DNA from: a virus
Length of the DNA stretch: 64,000 nucleotides
Strand: one strand, 5' to 3'
Virus record (IMG/VR): IMGVR_UViG_3300017963_007659
Coordinates: 1-64,000 of that record
The notes beneath the pieces are model-generated. The model made no database searches. It was not told the DNA's origin and saw nothing but the letters and a program-made list of their open reading frames with translations. A program made the translations under genes and the position numbers. Shown piece after piece: positions 18,562 to 27,506 of this stretch. How positions within the stretch are numbered: position 1 is the stretch's first letter; each line of letters opens with the position of its first letter.

Positions 18562-19254
18562 GTGATGTCTGAGGTTGAGAAATTCGGCGAGACCATCGGG
18601 TTCATTCTCCGTAAGAACGCCCTCCCTAGAGCAGGTCGGGAGCGCTCCGAGGCGATAGCTGAAGCCATCTTCGAGAGGCTTGGGGAGACCAAGGCTCCTT
18701 CTGACCTTGGACGGGGGAGCTACGCCAACGTCTACTGGCTCAAGGGCAACCGCAAGAGAATCTTGAAAATCACGAGCGACTCCAGCGATGCGTTCGCTCT
18801 GAAGCACCTACAAGAATCCCCCAAGAAGTCCCTCGTCAAGGTCCACGACGTCTTCGAGATCGTTCCGAAGCATCTGTGGGGAGCTGTGACGGAGAAGCTG
18901 TCCCCTCTCTCGTCCACAGAGTACGACAACTGGCAGCAACTTCGTGAGATGCTTGAAGAAGATGAGGCTTTCTATGATGTCGAGAGGACCCTCGGTCGAG
19001 AAGGCGTGACAACGCGGTACTTCTATCTCTTGGAGCAAGCGAAAGAAAAAGCAGGCACCGTCCTCCCTACCGACAAAATGCTTGAGAGCATCTTCAAGTG
19101 GGGGAAGGACCTGTCCTCCCTTGGAATCAAATTCACCGACCTGACGGAAGACAACATCATGAAGAAGGGGGCGAACGACATCCTCATCGATCTCGGCTAC
19201 AGCGATGTCCGTCCTACAAGAATCCCTGCTCTCCAGGGAGAGGGCATACACTAA
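18562..19254 (+). CDS. minimal protein-kinase-fold protein K14
   Basis: LGRGSYANVYW / ILKIT / FTDLTEDNIM / LIDLG. Confidence 0.85.
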   Translation: MMSEVEKFGETIGFILRKNALPRAGRERSEAIAEAIFERLGETKAPSDLGRGSYANVYWLKGNRKRILKITSDSSDAFALKHLQESPKKSLVKVHDVFEIVPKHLWGAVTEKLSPLSSTEYDNWQQLREMLEEDEAFYDVERTLGREGVTTRYFYLLEQAKEKAGTVLPTDKMLESIFKWGKDLSSLGIKFTDLTEDNIMKKGANDILIDLGYSDVRPTRIPALQGEGIH

Positions 19255-19274
19255 CTACAAGAAAGGATACAACT

Positions 19275-19556
19275 ATGCGCATTTCAGCTTATCATTCCGA
19301 CACCCTCTCAGCTCATGTCGTCATCGTCAAAGAGGGCAAGGCTCTCGGACGGGTCCAATGGGCAGACACCAAGAAGAAGACCTGCATGATCGCCATCGAT
19401 CATCTCGACTCCTACGAAGAGACCTATGACCGGACAATCGTGCCTGACGATGTTCGTGGCTTCACGCTGAAGGAGCTTCAAGAATTGGAAGCTGAGGGTA
19501 TCGAGATTCTTCCGAGGGCTGAGGTTGAACTCTTGAAGCAGGCTGCTTTGGAGTAG
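19275..19556 (+). CDS. hypothetical protein
   Basis: Start MRISAYH at 19275 behind AAGGA, within track ORF 19098..19556. Confidence 0.55.
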   Translation: MRISAYHSDTLSAHVVIVKEGKALGRVQWADTKKKTCMIAIDHLDSYEETYDRTIVPDDVRGFTLKELQELEAEGIEILPRAEVELLKQAALE

Positions 19557-19569
19557 AGATGTTGGAGGT

Positions 19570-19821
19570 CTACGAGAGGATGGAGCGCTGCTCGGGGGTG
19601 AAGCTGTCGAGGTAGATGACGTCGCCGATGGCGAGGCAGAGAGCGTCACGAACGGGAGCGGGGGAGTAGGGAGTGACGTCGCCGCAATAGACCCAGCAGT
19701 TCTCTTGGAGGTCGAAGCGATTGAGAGAAAAGTTGCGACCGGATTCGAGGACACGCTCAGCCTCGAAAGTCTCGTTGGTGACGGGGTGCTGAAACTTGAC
19801 GGTGACTGTTGAGTTGCTCAT
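19570..19821 (-). CDS. hypothetical early protein
   Basis: Start MSNSTVTV at 19821 behind GGAGG, with its own sigma70 promoter. Confidence 0.65.
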   Translation of the reverse strand: MSNSTVTVKFQHPVTNETFEAERVLESGRNFSLNRFDLQENCWVYCGDVTPYSPAPVRDALCLAIGDVIYLDSFTPEQRSILS

Positions 19822-19843
19822 GCTGTTTCCTCCAACCAAGAGA

Positions 19844-19872
19844 ACAATACCAAAGATATTCTTGAAGGTCAA
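19844..19872 (-). promoter_or_regulatory. sigma70-type promoter TTGACC-N17-TATTGT
   Basis: 17-bp spacer, AT-rich upstream tract; overlaps an exact ATTCTTGAAG motif at 19858. Confidence 0.75.
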
Positions 19873-19982
19873 GAAAAAGTTTTGAAAGAGGAAAATTGAA
19901 TGACAACTTTTGAAAAACTTTCTCTAGCTAATCCTAAAATAAGCAAAAGGTTCTAAATTATTTAGGAAAGAAGAGTTCTAGC

Positions 19983-20762
19983 ATGACTTTCGACCGAGAC
20001 TTCCAACATCTACTCTCCATGTCCGGAGCTTCCAAAGGACTATCTTCCTCACTTATTCCGGCTATTCTGGAGCGAATAGGAGAGTCCACAGTCCCAACGC
20101 AACAACTAGGGCATGGGAAGTTTGCTGTAGCTTTTTGGCTCAAGCAGAAGCGTAAAAGGGTCCTGAAGATTACGAGAGATGTGGAGGACGCCTACGCTAT
20201 GCAACGGGTCAAAGACCGTCCACAGAAGCATCTCGTCAAAGTATATGACGTATTTGAGATTGTAGAACATCGCCTCTGGGGAATTGTTGCTGAGAAGCTC
20301 ACTCCGATGGACTACGAAGAGAAAGATGCGTGGCAAGAGCTTTGGAATATACTTTCAAGCGAGGAATATGCGTATCTCGGGGATGAGCTAGTACAAAACG
20401 GCTTGACCCCTGGGTTCGCGGATGAGGTAGTAGACGCCATAGAGAATCCCATCGATGACGGTGAAGAGGACGAGGAAGACGAAGACGTCTGGGATCGTCA
20501 CTTCTATGAGGTCCCTGAAGATGATATCCTTGACGCGCTGCGTAATTGGGGGAAAGAGTTGAGTGCGCTCAATATCAAGTTCTATGACTTCCATCCAGGG
20601 AACATCATGATGAGACGGCACGACTACATTCTTGTAGATCTAGGGTATGGAGCAGTTCCACATACAAAGGTCCCAGAATTGGATATTGGGCAAGAAGGAT
20701 ACCAGTATCCCTTGAAGTTCAGCCAGGCGGCAGCTACAAGAATCCCAAAACTGCAAGAATAG
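19983..20762 (+). CDS. minimal protein-kinase-fold protein K15
   Basis: LGHGKFAVAFW / VLKIT / FYDFHPGNIM / LVDLG. Confidence 0.85.
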   Translation: MTFDRDFQHLLSMSGASKGLSSSLIPAILERIGESTVPTQQLGHGKFAVAFWLKQKRKRVLKITRDVEDAYAMQRVKDRPQKHLVKVYDVFEIVEHRLWGIVAEKLTPMDYEEKDAWQELWNILSSEEYAYLGDELVQNGLTPGFADEVVDAIENPIDDGEEDEEDEDVWDRHFYEVPEDDILDALRNWGKELSALNIKFYDFHPGNIMMRRHDYILVDLGYGAVPHTKVPELDIGQEGYQYPLKFSQAAATRIPKLQE

Positions 20763-20772
20763 GAGAACTCAC

Positions 20773-21195
20773 ATGTTCACAGCTTCACAGATAGTAGCTC
20801 ACCTGATAGGAGACTACCTCCTCCAGTCCGATTGGATGGCGGTTGAGAAGACCAAGCGGTTACGTCCTGCTCTCATCCACGGAATCTTCTACACGCTCCC
20901 CTTCATCTTCCTCATGAGCTTCGGCTGGTTCTGGAATGCGGTAGCCTTCCTCCTGATAGCGCTCTCACACGCGCTCATCGACCGCTACAGGTTGGCTCGC
21001 TACGTGGGGTGGGCCAAGAACAACATCGCTCCTCTCTTCTACAACAAGCAGTGGGATGAGTGCAAGGGGACCGGCTACGGACCGGAGAAGCCTGCTTGGA
21101 TGGCGGTATGGTTGCTGATCATCACTGACAACACGATGCACCTGGTGGTCAATGCTGTGGTGTTGGGGGTTTGCGGCTGGGTAGCTGCTGGGTAG
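20773..21195 (+). CDS. DUF3307-like membrane protein
   Basis: AHLIGDYLLQSDWMA..K...H...Y...SH.LID...DNTMH pattern; hydrophobic segments. Confidence 0.7.
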   Translation: MFTASQIVAHLIGDYLLQSDWMAVEKTKRLRPALIHGIFYTLPFIFLMSFGWFWNAVAFLLIALSHALIDRYRLARYVGWAKNNIAPLFYNKQWDECKGTGYGPEKPAWMAVWLLIITDNTMHLVVNAVVLGVCGWVAAG

Positions 21196-21196
21196 G

Positions 21197-21445
21197 CTAG
21201 TCTTCGTCGAGGACGGTCTTCTCGTCTTCAACGACCATCTGGACGTCTCCGTACAGCTCCGCAGCGACCTCACGAACCTCGTGAAGAGTCTCACAATGGA
21301 TGTTTTGTTTGTCATTGGTGCGAAGCTTCCACTCCGTCACCCCACAGATCCGGTACTTCTCAGCGTAGCCGATGGTGACTCCATTGACCACGACGTCGCG
21401 CTGCCCATCGCCATTGGTGTCCATCCTGACTGTGATTGTCGCCAT
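21197..21445 (-). CDS. hypothetical early protein
   Basis: Start MATITVRM at 21445 behind GGAGG, with its own promoter. Confidence 0.6.
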   Translation of the reverse strand: MATITVRMDTNGDGQRDVVVNGVTIGYAEKYRICGVTEWKLRTNDKQNIHCETLHEVREVAAELYGDVQMVVEDEKTVLDED

Positions 21446-21468
21446 GCTTCTGCCCTCCAACTAGGTAC

Positions 21469-21497
21469 ACCCTACAAGAATCCCCCTACGATGTCAA
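21469..21497 (-). promoter_or_regulatory. sigma70-type promoter TTGACA-N17-TAGGGT
   Basis: Consensus -35, 17-bp spacer; overlaps an exact CTACAAGAAT at 21472. Confidence 0.75.
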
Positions 21498-21542
21498 CGA
21501 AAATCGACCTGATAGGTTACATGAGAGGGACAGGAGACACCA

Positions 21543-21947
21543 ATGTGCATTGACTCTAAACGGGTTGCTCACATAGCCGTAAAGCTCGTGAAGGCGGGTT
21601 ACGCTGACGAGGCACTTCTGATTCTTGAAGCCAAGAAGAAGAAGAAAGGTCCTGACTACTACAAGAAACGGGCGAAGAAGCGCATGGATGACGCCTTCGA
21701 CCGAGCAGGGGGTGGGGCTAAGGGAGTGGCTGCTGTCCTGAAGGCAACGAAGCTCCGGATCAAGAAGACAACGCTGCCAATCAAGCTATGGGGTATCGTA
21801 GACGCTCTGGATGACCTCATCATGAAGAGCCGTGACCTCCAGACAGAGTGGGGCGTCAAGGATGCGGATAAGAAGTTCGTGAAGTTGCGAGACCAAGCCA
21901 AAGCCAAAGCCAAGAAGATAGAGAAATCCGCTATTTCTAGAGGTTAG
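21543..21947 (+). CDS. leader-family small basic protein
   Basis: VAHIAVKLVKAGYADEALLILEA leader followed by a Lys-rich body. Confidence 0.7.
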   Translation: MCIDSKRVAHIAVKLVKAGYADEALLILEAKKKKKGPDYYKKRAKKRMDDAFDRAGGGAKGVAAVLKATKLRIKKTTLPIKLWGIVDALDDLIMKSRDLQTEWGVKDADKKFVKLRDQAKAKAKKIEKSAISRG

Positions 21948-21958
21948 TTGTAGACAGC

Positions 21959-23548
21959 ATGCTGATCTCCCCTTTTGAGCAGGTGTACCACAGTGTATAC
22001 CAACGGATGTTGGACGCGGTAAAAGCGTCTACCTTCCTCTTGCGCGCCCCTATCATCATTCCCGCGTCTGCGACGGGGACGGACTTCACAATATCGGAGT
22101 TGACTCCAGGGATTGGGGTTCAGATTAGTGTAGACGGGAAAGAGTATGTGCGCTTCGTCCCGGCACAAGAGACGGAGACGCACACCCTCATCTTGGAGCC
22201 CAGCAAGAGACATCTGGTGGAGGCACGGGATGACGCTGGGAATGTGTCATCGACTCTTGTAGCTTCGGCGTACTACGCGACGATGCTTGGTGGGCTCGCT
22301 CAAGACTGGTTCACGAATGTTCGGCGTGACCTCGAAGACCATGAGAGACAGCTCACCTCTCGCTACTCTTCAAGATTATTGGAGCACCGTCTCACCTTCG
22401 AGAATCTTCTCCCCCGCACCCGTGCGTTCCGTCGACAGCTCGTCCGGATGGGAGCTAAGTCGCTCGTCAACGAGATGACATCCGGACAAGGTGTCCTGGA
22501 CCTGACAGCCGCTGGTACAGCCCAGACGCCCCTCGTTTATCCGGTGGCGTCATCGAAGACGGTGTTCGCTCCACACGTCCATCCTTTGTTCAATGAAGCC
22601 GCTGATTTTGGAGGCTTTGAGTTCCACATCTGGCTCTTCAACACCTGTGTGGCTTCTTGGGCTGCCTTCATCCGTCTCGCGAACAACCTCGACGATGATA
22701 TCATGAAGCTGCTGGAGGTCGGGGAGAGCAAGGTCGTTGTAGACGTTGGCGGCACCATTGAGCAGCATGTCTTCGACTTCTCTCAAATCGGATGTGGGCT
22801 GGAGAGCATTCTCTCTGAGTTCCTGGACTGCATGGCGGCGATTCGTGCTTTCATTCTCACGACCATCAGCAGTGAGTACGTCATTGAAGCCTACGGGTAC
22901 TTCTTGGACACGGAAGTCGAGAACGTTCTTGGAGGACGGTGGCTCGATTCTCCGATCCCTCTTGACTCCGGTGTTGTGCTCGATACTGAGGACGACATCG
23001 ACCCCACAGTGGCTGGAGGAGATGGTTGGGTAGGTACGGGGCTTAGCGACAGAACGGACGCGCACGGCGTCGATACGGTGGTCCAGGGTGTAGCTACTTT
23101 CGCCACCTTCACTCAGTTCTATGAAGGTCCAGCCATCACGCCTCTCCAGACTCAGGGACTATCGGTTGATCTCGACCACGCCATCACGACTACAAGTGAC
23201 GGTGACATCGTTGTCGTGGGTCTCGATACGGTGACTGGCTACATCCAGATCATAAACAACACGTTTGACGCTGGCGATGCGGTAGTCATCGCGGGTCTAC
23301 CTTTCACCTTGGGGATTGGACCTCCTCCTCTTTGGAGTGCAGGTCTTACAGGGAGGTTCACAGCGGTCAACATCGCGGCTGCTATCAATGCAGCTCCTCC
23401 ATGGCCTGGAATCGTGGCGATAGCGTCCACACTTTCCCCCATTGTAGCGCTCTACGTGCCCTATGTGGGTCCTCCTCCTGTCGTGACGCTCGCTGTTATA
23501 GACGCACCAACCAATAACTTCGTGATCTCCGGTCCGCAGTTGGCCTAA
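21959..23548 (+). CDS. putative virion structural protein (baseplate-like)
   Basis: 529-aa ORF in structural context, beta-rich Pro/Gly/Val C-terminus; assignment by context only. Confidence 0.4.
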   Translation: MLISPFEQVYHSVYQRMLDAVKASTFLLRAPIIIPASATGTDFTISELTPGIGVQISVDGKEYVRFVPAQETETHTLILEPSKRHLVEARDDAGNVSSTLVASAYYATMLGGLAQDWFTNVRRDLEDHERQLTSRYSSRLLEHRLTFENLLPRTRAFRRQLVRMGAKSLVNEMTSGQGVLDLTAAGTAQTPLVYPVASSKTVFAPHVHPLFNEAADFGGFEFHIWLFNTCVASWAAFIRLANNLDDDIMKLLEVGESKVVVDVGGTIEQHVFDFSQIGCGLESILSEFLDCMAAIRAFILTTISSEYVIEAYGYFLDTEVENVLGGRWLDSPIPLDSGVVLDTEDDIDPTVAGGDGWVGTGLSDRTDAHGVDTVVQGVATFATFTQFYEGPAITPLQTQGLSVDLDHAITTTSDGDIVVVGLDTVTGYIQIINNTFDAGDAVVIAGLPFTLGIGPPPLWSAGLTGRFTAVNIAAAINAAPPWPGIVAIASTLSPIVALYVPYVGPPPVVTLAVIDAPTNNFVISGPQLA

Positions 23549-23552
23549 TCAC

Positions 23553-23560
23553 GGTTATCT
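23553..23560 (+). promoter_or_regulatory. candidate late promoter element GGTTATCT
   Basis: 22 bp upstream of ATG 23582. Confidence 0.5.
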
Positions 23561-23581
23561 TGAAGGGATAGAGAGGTTACT

Positions 23582-23866
23582 ATGGCTAAAAGATTCAAGC
23601 ACCTTTGCGCTGCTTCAAGAAGCATGATCCCCCTGTGTCAACACCTGAGCTACGAGAAAGGTGCTGTATGCGCCAAGAAAGTCGCTCTGGTTCAGGACAA
23701 CATCGAGTTGGGACCGGCTGACAGGAAAGCCTGTAGGCACTTCCTTTCGGTCGATGCGGTAGAGACCACGGTAGAGACCACGGTAGAGACCACGGAAGAG
23801 AAAAAGACCAAGAGAGGTCGCAAGAAGACCGTCAAGGATAGTTCCTCTCTTGAGGGAGATGAATAA
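23582..23866 (+). CDS. small Cys-containing protein with VETT repeats and basic tail
   Basis: ORF with GAGAGG RBS. Confidence 0.65.
   Translation: MAKRFKHLCAASRSMIPLCQHLSYEKGAVCAKKVALVQDNIELGPADRKACRHFLSVDAVETTVETTVETTEEKKTKRGRKKTVKDSSSLEGDE
23758..23793 (+). repeat. 12-bp tandem repeat GGTAGAGACCAC x3
   Basis: Seen directly; encodes VETT repeats. Confidence 0.9.
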
Positions 23867-23875
23867 GGATCCTGC

Positions 23876-25414
23876 ATGCCTCCATGCTCTTCTAACACAG
23901 ACTACTATGTGTATAGTCTCTGTTATCCTGATCGACGTCTATATGTAGGGGAAGAGACAGAACCTTTGCCTTTTTATATTGGAAAGGGAAAGGGAGAACG
24001 TCTCAACCAACATGTAGTTGAATCCCACAGAAAAAACCAGGATGGGAGTTGGCGCTACAAGGGAAGAAAAGCCAACACGGTGCGCAAACTCGTTCGTGAA
24101 GGCAAACGACCCTTGGTAGTCAAGCTCGAAGACAACCTGACCGAAGAGGAAGCCTACGAACTGGAGTGCATGCTAGTAAAGGCTTTTGGTCGCCGAGATC
24201 TTGGTACAGGCATTCTGTGTAACCATGCGGACGGAGGTATTGGGCCTGTTGGTGTTTCTGAGGAAACTCGAAGACGGATGGGTGATTGGCAAGTAGGGCG
24301 AACAAGGTCTGAGACAACCAAAAGAAGAATACGAGAGACAAAAGCCAAAAACCCTTACGTTTTTACGGACGAAGACCTCCAGAAGATGGCTGAAAACTCC
24401 AGGAACAGGGTTTGGACTGACGAGTCTCGTAAAAAGTTGAGTGAGTCCCTCAAGGGACGAACCTTCACGGAAGATCATCGAGCCAAAATTAGTGCTTCAA
24501 AAAAGAACGCTAATTATCCGCCAGAAACCTATGAAAAGTCTACAGCCACACGTAAAGCCAAGCAGAGGGTTGCGAACGACGTCTTCAAACTCCTGTATTT
24601 GCTAGAAAAAGAGACGAAGTTCTCTCGCAAAGCCCTGTCCCTTCAAGAATTAGAAGCCTGGTGTGCCCAACTCCACCAAGAATTTGAGTCTCTTCCAGAA
24701 GAAAAAAGGGCAACCCTACAAGAATATTGGAAAATACGTCAAGCCTCTCCCAATGGAGGACTCACGGTTGCTCGACGGCGTAAAGAAGAGTTGTTCCAAG
24801 AAGGTGCGCCCTTAGTATGGAAGCTTCAAGTAGCAGCTCCTCAGAAGAACGAATCCTTGAAAACCTGGAAAGCCTTTGTAACAGAGGCACAGAAAATGCT
24901 CTCAGCTCTTCCAAAACAGGAGCAGGACCTTCTTGACGACGCTTGGTTGCAGCATGTCGAGCAGGAGAGTCACCTAGATAGTACCCCACATGAACGAAAT
25001 AGGCGCGCTCAAAAGGAGCAGGCACAGACTAAACGTATTCTTGTAGCGAAGACTCTCGATCTTATCGTTATGCTCCAAGCGCCCCTTCCTACTCTCTCAA
25101 AAAAAGGCCCTCTGAAACAATGGGAAACCCTACATAAAAAGTACAGCCAGCAGTATGAGAGTCTCTCTGCGGTAGAGAAGCACGACGCGGAGTATATTCT
25201 TGAAGAGCACAAGAAAGAGGTTAATTCTCATAAGAGAGGTGCCTCTCCAGCACGGACTGCTGGTGTTCAGAATTATTGGGATCGTAAAAAGTCCTTAATG
25301 AAAAAAGCTGAAGAGTTATCACGTAGGCATCCAACCGTATCTCTCCCGAAGAAACGCGCTTCTGAGAAGGAGTGGAGAGATATAATAAAACATCTGGAAG
25401 CGTTGGGAGAATAG
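23876..25414 (+). CDS. free-standing GIY-YIG homing endonuclease with NUMOD3-like repeats
   Basis: YYVYSL...PFYIGKGKGERL..H...E..A.ELE..L...G......L.N..DGG; SETTKRRI, ESRKKLSESLKG, EDHRAKISASKK repeats. Confidence 0.8.
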   Translation: MPPCSSNTDYYVYSLCYPDRRLYVGEETEPLPFYIGKGKGERLNQHVVESHRKNQDGSWRYKGRKANTVRKLVREGKRPLVVKLEDNLTEEEAYELECMLVKAFGRRDLGTGILCNHADGGIGPVGVSEETRRRMGDWQVGRTRSETTKRRIRETKAKNPYVFTDEDLQKMAENSRNRVWTDESRKKLSESLKGRTFTEDHRAKISASKKNANYPPETYEKSTATRKAKQRVANDVFKLLYLLEKETKFSRKALSLQELEAWCAQLHQEFESLPEEKRATLQEYWKIRQASPNGGLTVARRRKEELFQEGAPLVWKLQVAAPQKNESLKTWKAFVTEAQKMLSALPKQEQDLLDDAWLQHVEQESHLDSTPHERNRRAQKEQAQTKRILVAKTLDLIVMLQAPLPTLSKKGPLKQWETLHKKYSQQYESLSAVEKHDAEYILEEHKKEVNSHKRGASPARTAGVQNYWDRKKSLMKKAEELSRRHPTVSLPKKRASEKEWRDIIKHLEALGE

Positions 25415-25416
25415 CT

Positions 25417-25860
25417 TTGGCATTTTCAGTCCTGGCAGTTGTTCTTACACAAGCTAAAGTAAGAATGGCACAAATGTTGGAAGATGGGAAGTCTTTTAAG
25501 ATTACCCATTTCGCTGTATCGGCTGATGGGCACGATCCGCTGGACCCCACGATAGCGCGGACTCCGGACCCAGCGGAGACGGATTGTGGTTCAACCATCT
25601 TCACGAAGGCTTTCGTGCCTGGAGATGTTACCTACACGAGCCCCACATGTCCTACATGGGCATGCAACATGCTGCCGGGGGATGTGACTGGTCCAGTCTC
25701 TCAGGTGTGTCTGGTTGGTACGGTCGAGTACTGTCCTACGCCTGGAGACCCGGAATGTGTCCCTCCAGCCACGGAGTTCGTGGTCGCTATCGGAACTATG
25801 CCTCTGAAGGTCATCACGATTCATGACACGGTGACCTTCAATGTTTCGATTCAGTTCTAG
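25417..25860 (+). CDS. baseplate/tail-fibre attachment protein (P2 gpH N-terminal-like), paralog of 42932 and 43459
   Basis: TTG start at 25417 behind GGAG; FKITHFAVSADGHDP aligns with FKIVTFAVGTAGYDP. Confidence 0.45.
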   Translation: MAFSVLAVVLTQAKVRMAQMLEDGKSFKITHFAVSADGHDPLDPTIARTPDPAETDCGSTIFTKAFVPGDVTYTSPTCPTWACNMLPGDVTGPVSQVCLVGTVEYCPTPGDPECVPPATEFVVAIGTMPLKVITIHDTVTFNVSIQF

Positions 25861-25868
25861 GAGTCGCT

Positions 25869-26741
25869 ATGCGAAGAATTAGCAAAGGTGCAACGAAACG
25901 GCTCGCGGACAGCGTGGTGAGGTTGACTCTTGAAGGGGCAACCGAAGACGCCAAGCGAGTAGTGAGCGTTCTCGCCACCTTCACCAACGTGCAGCGTCTT
26001 CCTGGAGAAGATGGACAGCCTGGCTTTGGTCGGGGTTGGGGCTTTGGAGATCCTTACGAAGAGTTTGGATACGGCAAGGCGAAACAGAAGAAGACCATCC
26101 CGAACACCGGGGACCTCCCTACCTCCTTTGACCAGGAAGTTGAAGAGGATGAAGAGGAAGAGTCCAAAGAAGCCGCCAAAAAAGAGAAGAAAGAGAAACC
26201 GAAGAAGCTCGACGAGGACGAACACACCGAGGACCATAAGTCCGATACGTTCGACCCCGATGACTTCGATATGACGGTTCATGCTCAGACCGAAGATGAC
26301 GACGAGGAGATCATTGAAGATCCCGAAGACTCCTTCTTCGAGCCGGAAGACTTCGACATGGATGTCGTCTTCGCTTCCGCTGTGCAGAAGGTTTCTTCTG
26401 TCCTGGGTAAGAAAGCTTCTCATGAGTTCGCTGGCTTCTTCGGTGGGCTTGGTGCTGCATCCTTGAAGACGGCTGAAGGGGACGACGACGAGGAGCTGGT
26501 TGAAGTCGACGTTGAGACCATTCCTGAGAAGAGACCGCGCAACCGCCGTGAGGTGATGCGGGTGTGGAAGGAAGACCTCATCCCTGACGTCACCCCGATC
26601 ATCCGACGTGTGCTCAAGCATGTCTCGGTACAGTACAGTCTCCCCTTCTCGACCCTGACGAACGCTCTTCGAGGTCAGGACTCGCAGGTAGCTGACCTGC
26701 TGGCGGACGCTCTGGACGGTATCTCCCGATCCGAAGAGTAG
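25869..26741 (+). CDS. acidic protein with leader-like N-terminus (possible internal head/scaffold protein)
   Basis: RLTLEGATEDAKRVV leader variant; very D/E-rich. Confidence 0.5.
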   Translation: MRRISKGATKRLADSVVRLTLEGATEDAKRVVSVLATFTNVQRLPGEDGQPGFGRGWGFGDPYEEFGYGKAKQKKTIPNTGDLPTSFDQEVEEDEEEESKEAAKKEKKEKPKKLDEDEHTEDHKSDTFDPDDFDMTVHAQTEDDDEEIIEDPEDSFFEPEDFDMDVVFASAVQKVSSVLGKKASHEFAGFFGGLGAASLKTAEGDDDEELVEVDVETIPEKRPRNRREVMRVWKEDLIPDVTPIIRRVLKHVSVQYSLPFSTLTNALRGQDSQVADLLADALDGISRSEE

Positions 26742-26745
26742 CGTT

Positions 26746-27468
26746 ATGGCTACCCCTCTCATCCTCAAACGTGGTCTCGGCAAGTGGTTCAACAACAAGC
26801 TTCTCGCAAGTGGGATGCGCAAGGAAGAGCATCGCATTCGCGTCATGGAGAGCCTCTACGAGCGCATCGGAGAGACAGGAGACAGTCACCTCAAGTTCCT
26901 AGGTGAGGGGATGTATGCTGCTGTAGGATGGCTCCAGCACGACCGCAAGAAGGTCCTCAAGATTACAGCAGACGAAGATGACGCCATGGCGCTAGAGACC
27001 ATCCGGCAACATCCTTCAAAGTTTCTGGTGAAGGTCCATGATGTCTTCCGCATCACACCTCCCAACAAGAAGGGCTACTTCGGGATTGTGGAGGAGAAGC
27101 TCACCCCGCTCGCGCATGATGTAGAAGAGGACTTCTTCCGTGATATGGACTACATGAATGAGGATGTGTGGGGAGTTCCGGCTTCGCTAGGTTCCGTTCC
27201 GGATTTAGACGAAGCATGGGAAAGTCTTGAAGAATTCCTGACGGAGAACAAATACGCCGAAGAATGGCAACGCGGTGTCTATGGTGACATTCTTAAGCAG
27301 TTGGAAGAATGGAATGAAGCTCTCTACAAGAGAGACATCGCCTTCCACGATCTCTCTCCAGGCAACGTTATGATGCGTCGACATGCCTGGGTGCTGATGG
27401 ACTTCGGGCACCACAGCCGCGCTCCCTATCATAGACTTCCCCAGCTCGATATCATTCGATACTCCTAA
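26746..27468 (+). CDS. minimal protein-kinase-fold protein K16
   Basis: LGEGMYAAVGW / VLKIT / FHDLSPGNVM / LMDFG. Confidence 0.85.
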   Translation: MATPLILKRGLGKWFNNKLLASGMRKEEHRIRVMESLYERIGETGDSHLKFLGEGMYAAVGWLQHDRKKVLKITADEDDAMALETIRQHPSKFLVKVHDVFRITPPNKKGYFGIVEEKLTPLAHDVEEDFFRDMDYMNEDVWGVPASLGSVPDLDEAWESLEEFLTENKYAEEWQRGVYGDILKQLEEWNEALYKRDIAFHDLSPGNVMMRRHAWVLMDFGHHSRAPYHRLPQLDIIRYS

Positions 27469-27506
27469 TCCTTCTTCCCTCTGTTATCTATACTTGGAGG
27501 AGACGT

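Noticed and set aside
19873-19960. AT-rich imperfect inverted repeat as replication origin or terminator
   Set aside because: Pairing is imperfect; adequately explained as an UP element or spacer between divergent promoters
23876-25414. Group I intron or intein hosting the GIY-YIG gene
   Set aside because: Flanking genes have their own stops and starts (23866; TTG 25417) and there is almost no non-coding space for an intron core
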